Part shown: one piece after another, positions 62,392 through 64,000 of the stretch | Position numbering within the stretch: the first letter of the stretch is position 1 | Layout: every line of letters starts with the position of its first letter | Assembly: GCF_009914755.1 (NCBI RefSeq) | Contig: NC_060938.1 | Length of the DNA stretch: 64,000 nt | Reading direction: 5' to 3' (one strand) | From: the human T2T-CHM13v2.0 reference genome, Homo sapiens | Translations under genes and position numbers: made by a program | Notes under the pieces: model-generated | What the model saw: the letters and a program-made list of their open reading frames with translations, nothing else | Databases searched by the model: none | What the model was told of the DNA's origin: nothing

Positions 62392-63789
62392 GTAGGGAAG
62401 ATTGGTTAGTATCTTAGGGAAGAGTGAGAGAACCTTCTTACCTGGCTCATGGTGGCAAAGAGCAAACATGAGGTTATTATACGTAATACTAAAACACTGT
62501 CATCCAGTGGTATCTCTTTTGTTCTGTGTTTCAGTTTTCATATCTCTGAATGCTTGAGCATCTGCGATTCTTGTAGCAATTACCACATATAGAGGCCAGA
62601 TCTGATCGCTGGATGTAATGTTTCAATTACAGAGAAAACGTAAGTCTCTGGCATATGTGTATAGTTACTATAGTATTTCCCTGACCTCTCTCTTTTATTA
62701 TTTTTTTTAAAGAAGAAAAACAGTAGCAATATAAGTGGAATTAAAATTCGGATTTCAGCTTAGGGAAAATTCAAAGGGATTTAAACACATGTGACTGTCA
62801 CCACTCCTCACTTTTAACAAATTTACATGAACGGTGAGAATCTTTCAAGACATAAAGTGGTGAACAGCTTCACAGCACGAATGTCGCACTTACTGAGCCC
62901 TCACACCTATGAGATGGGCATTTTTAACCACCAGTTCTCATCTCACAGGCAAAGAAACTGAGTCTCAGAGACTAAGTAACTTGCCCAAGGGCACAAAGAT
63001 AGTAAGAGGTCAAATGGTATCCGACCCTAGTCTTAACTCAGGCACCTAACCATGGGATTATAGAGCTCAAATGATAAAACCACCCAAAGAAAATGCCAAT
63101 GGGTCCATACCTCATTTTACACTGGCAAAGTGAAGAAAAGCACAAACTAGAAACCTCGAGCCAGCTTGAATTTCCCAGTGAAGCTGGCATGTCCCCTGAT
63201 TCAACCCTAGGACCCCTTCTCCAGCTGTTAAATACCTTCATTCCTTCACAGCTTTAGATTCCATCTATAAGCTAGGGACCCCCCACACAGATGCTTCCAG
63301 CCTTGACTTCTCACCTGACTTCTCCTGGTGCCCACTGAGCATCTTCACTTCAACATCTAACAAGACTCTCACACTTAACGCATCCAGATTTGACCAGCGA
63401 CTCTCCCTTCCCTGAAATGACTGCGGCAAGAACCCTTCCCATCCAAGATGATGGCACTCTACCCCTCCAGTCCCCCTCGCCCGAAACATCGAGTCATCCA
63501 ACCTTGTCTTCTCGCTTCCTCTGACACAGTTTCTCTCATGTTCATTTTACAAAAAGGCAGTTTACATACATATTTCTCACATGATTCTTTAAAATGGCTA
63601 GTTTCCCTAGGACATTTTATAAGATTTCGTTTGAGCATAACTCACCGTGAGTACCTTAACTGAGGTAGTCACGTAAGCTTCGTCTAACACAGCACTGTGT
63701 AACCTACAAATCATGATGTTCACCTACCGCTTTATTTTTATGTGCTATTTGATAAACACTTACGTAACACTTCTCATCTCTCAGACATT

Positions 63790-63975
63790 GATGTCAAAGT
63801 GCTTTACTGTTCATTTAATTAAATTATCATATAATCCTCATAACCCTATGAAGTAGGTTCCCTTTACAGAGATAAGGAAACTGAGGCTCAGGGAGATTAA
63901 ATAGCTTACCTGAAACCGCACAATTCAAACCCAGGCAGTCTGGCTCCAGAGTCTGTACTTGTAACCACTTCGCCC
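63790..63975 (+). mobile_element. MIR
   Basis: tttacagagataaggaaactgaggctcag ... ttcaaacccaggcagtctggctccagag. Confidence 0.85.
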
Positions 63976-64000
63976 TGCTCCATCCACGAGATGTACTTTT
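63910..64000 (-). other. STON2: Candidate MIR-derived 5' UTR exon of STON2 (cut by window end)
   Basis: Strong donor TTTCAG|GTAAGC at 63910/63909 inside a MIR antisense to STON2. Confidence 0.55.

Overview
Human (primate) genomic DNA: the 5' part of STON2 (stonin-2, an endocytic AP-2/synaptotagmin adaptor) on the minus strand. Three coding exons are readable (35101-35188 with the ATG, 32701-32985, 7777-7974; residues 1-190, all phase-1 junctions, two WVxF motifs), plus two candidate upstream non-coding exons (about 37085-37230 and 63910 to the window end, the latter MIR-derived). A processed DYNLL1 pseudogene (W54*) lies on the plus strand at about 49671-50658. The rest is intron dense in Alu, L1, L2, MIR, MaLR/ERV LTRs and hAT elements; most supplied ORFs are repeat-derived noise. 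I see no evidence of a new multi-gene system. The best leads are regulatory: a uORF whose stop overlaps the STON2 AUG, an in-frame cryptic or alternative first exon next to a (CTG)7 tract, an inverted-Alu-flanked stop-free 3n exon (circRNA candidate), and several local duplications not explained by known repeats. Repeat subfamily names come from remembered consensus sequences, and their boundaries are approximate unless a TSD is quoted.
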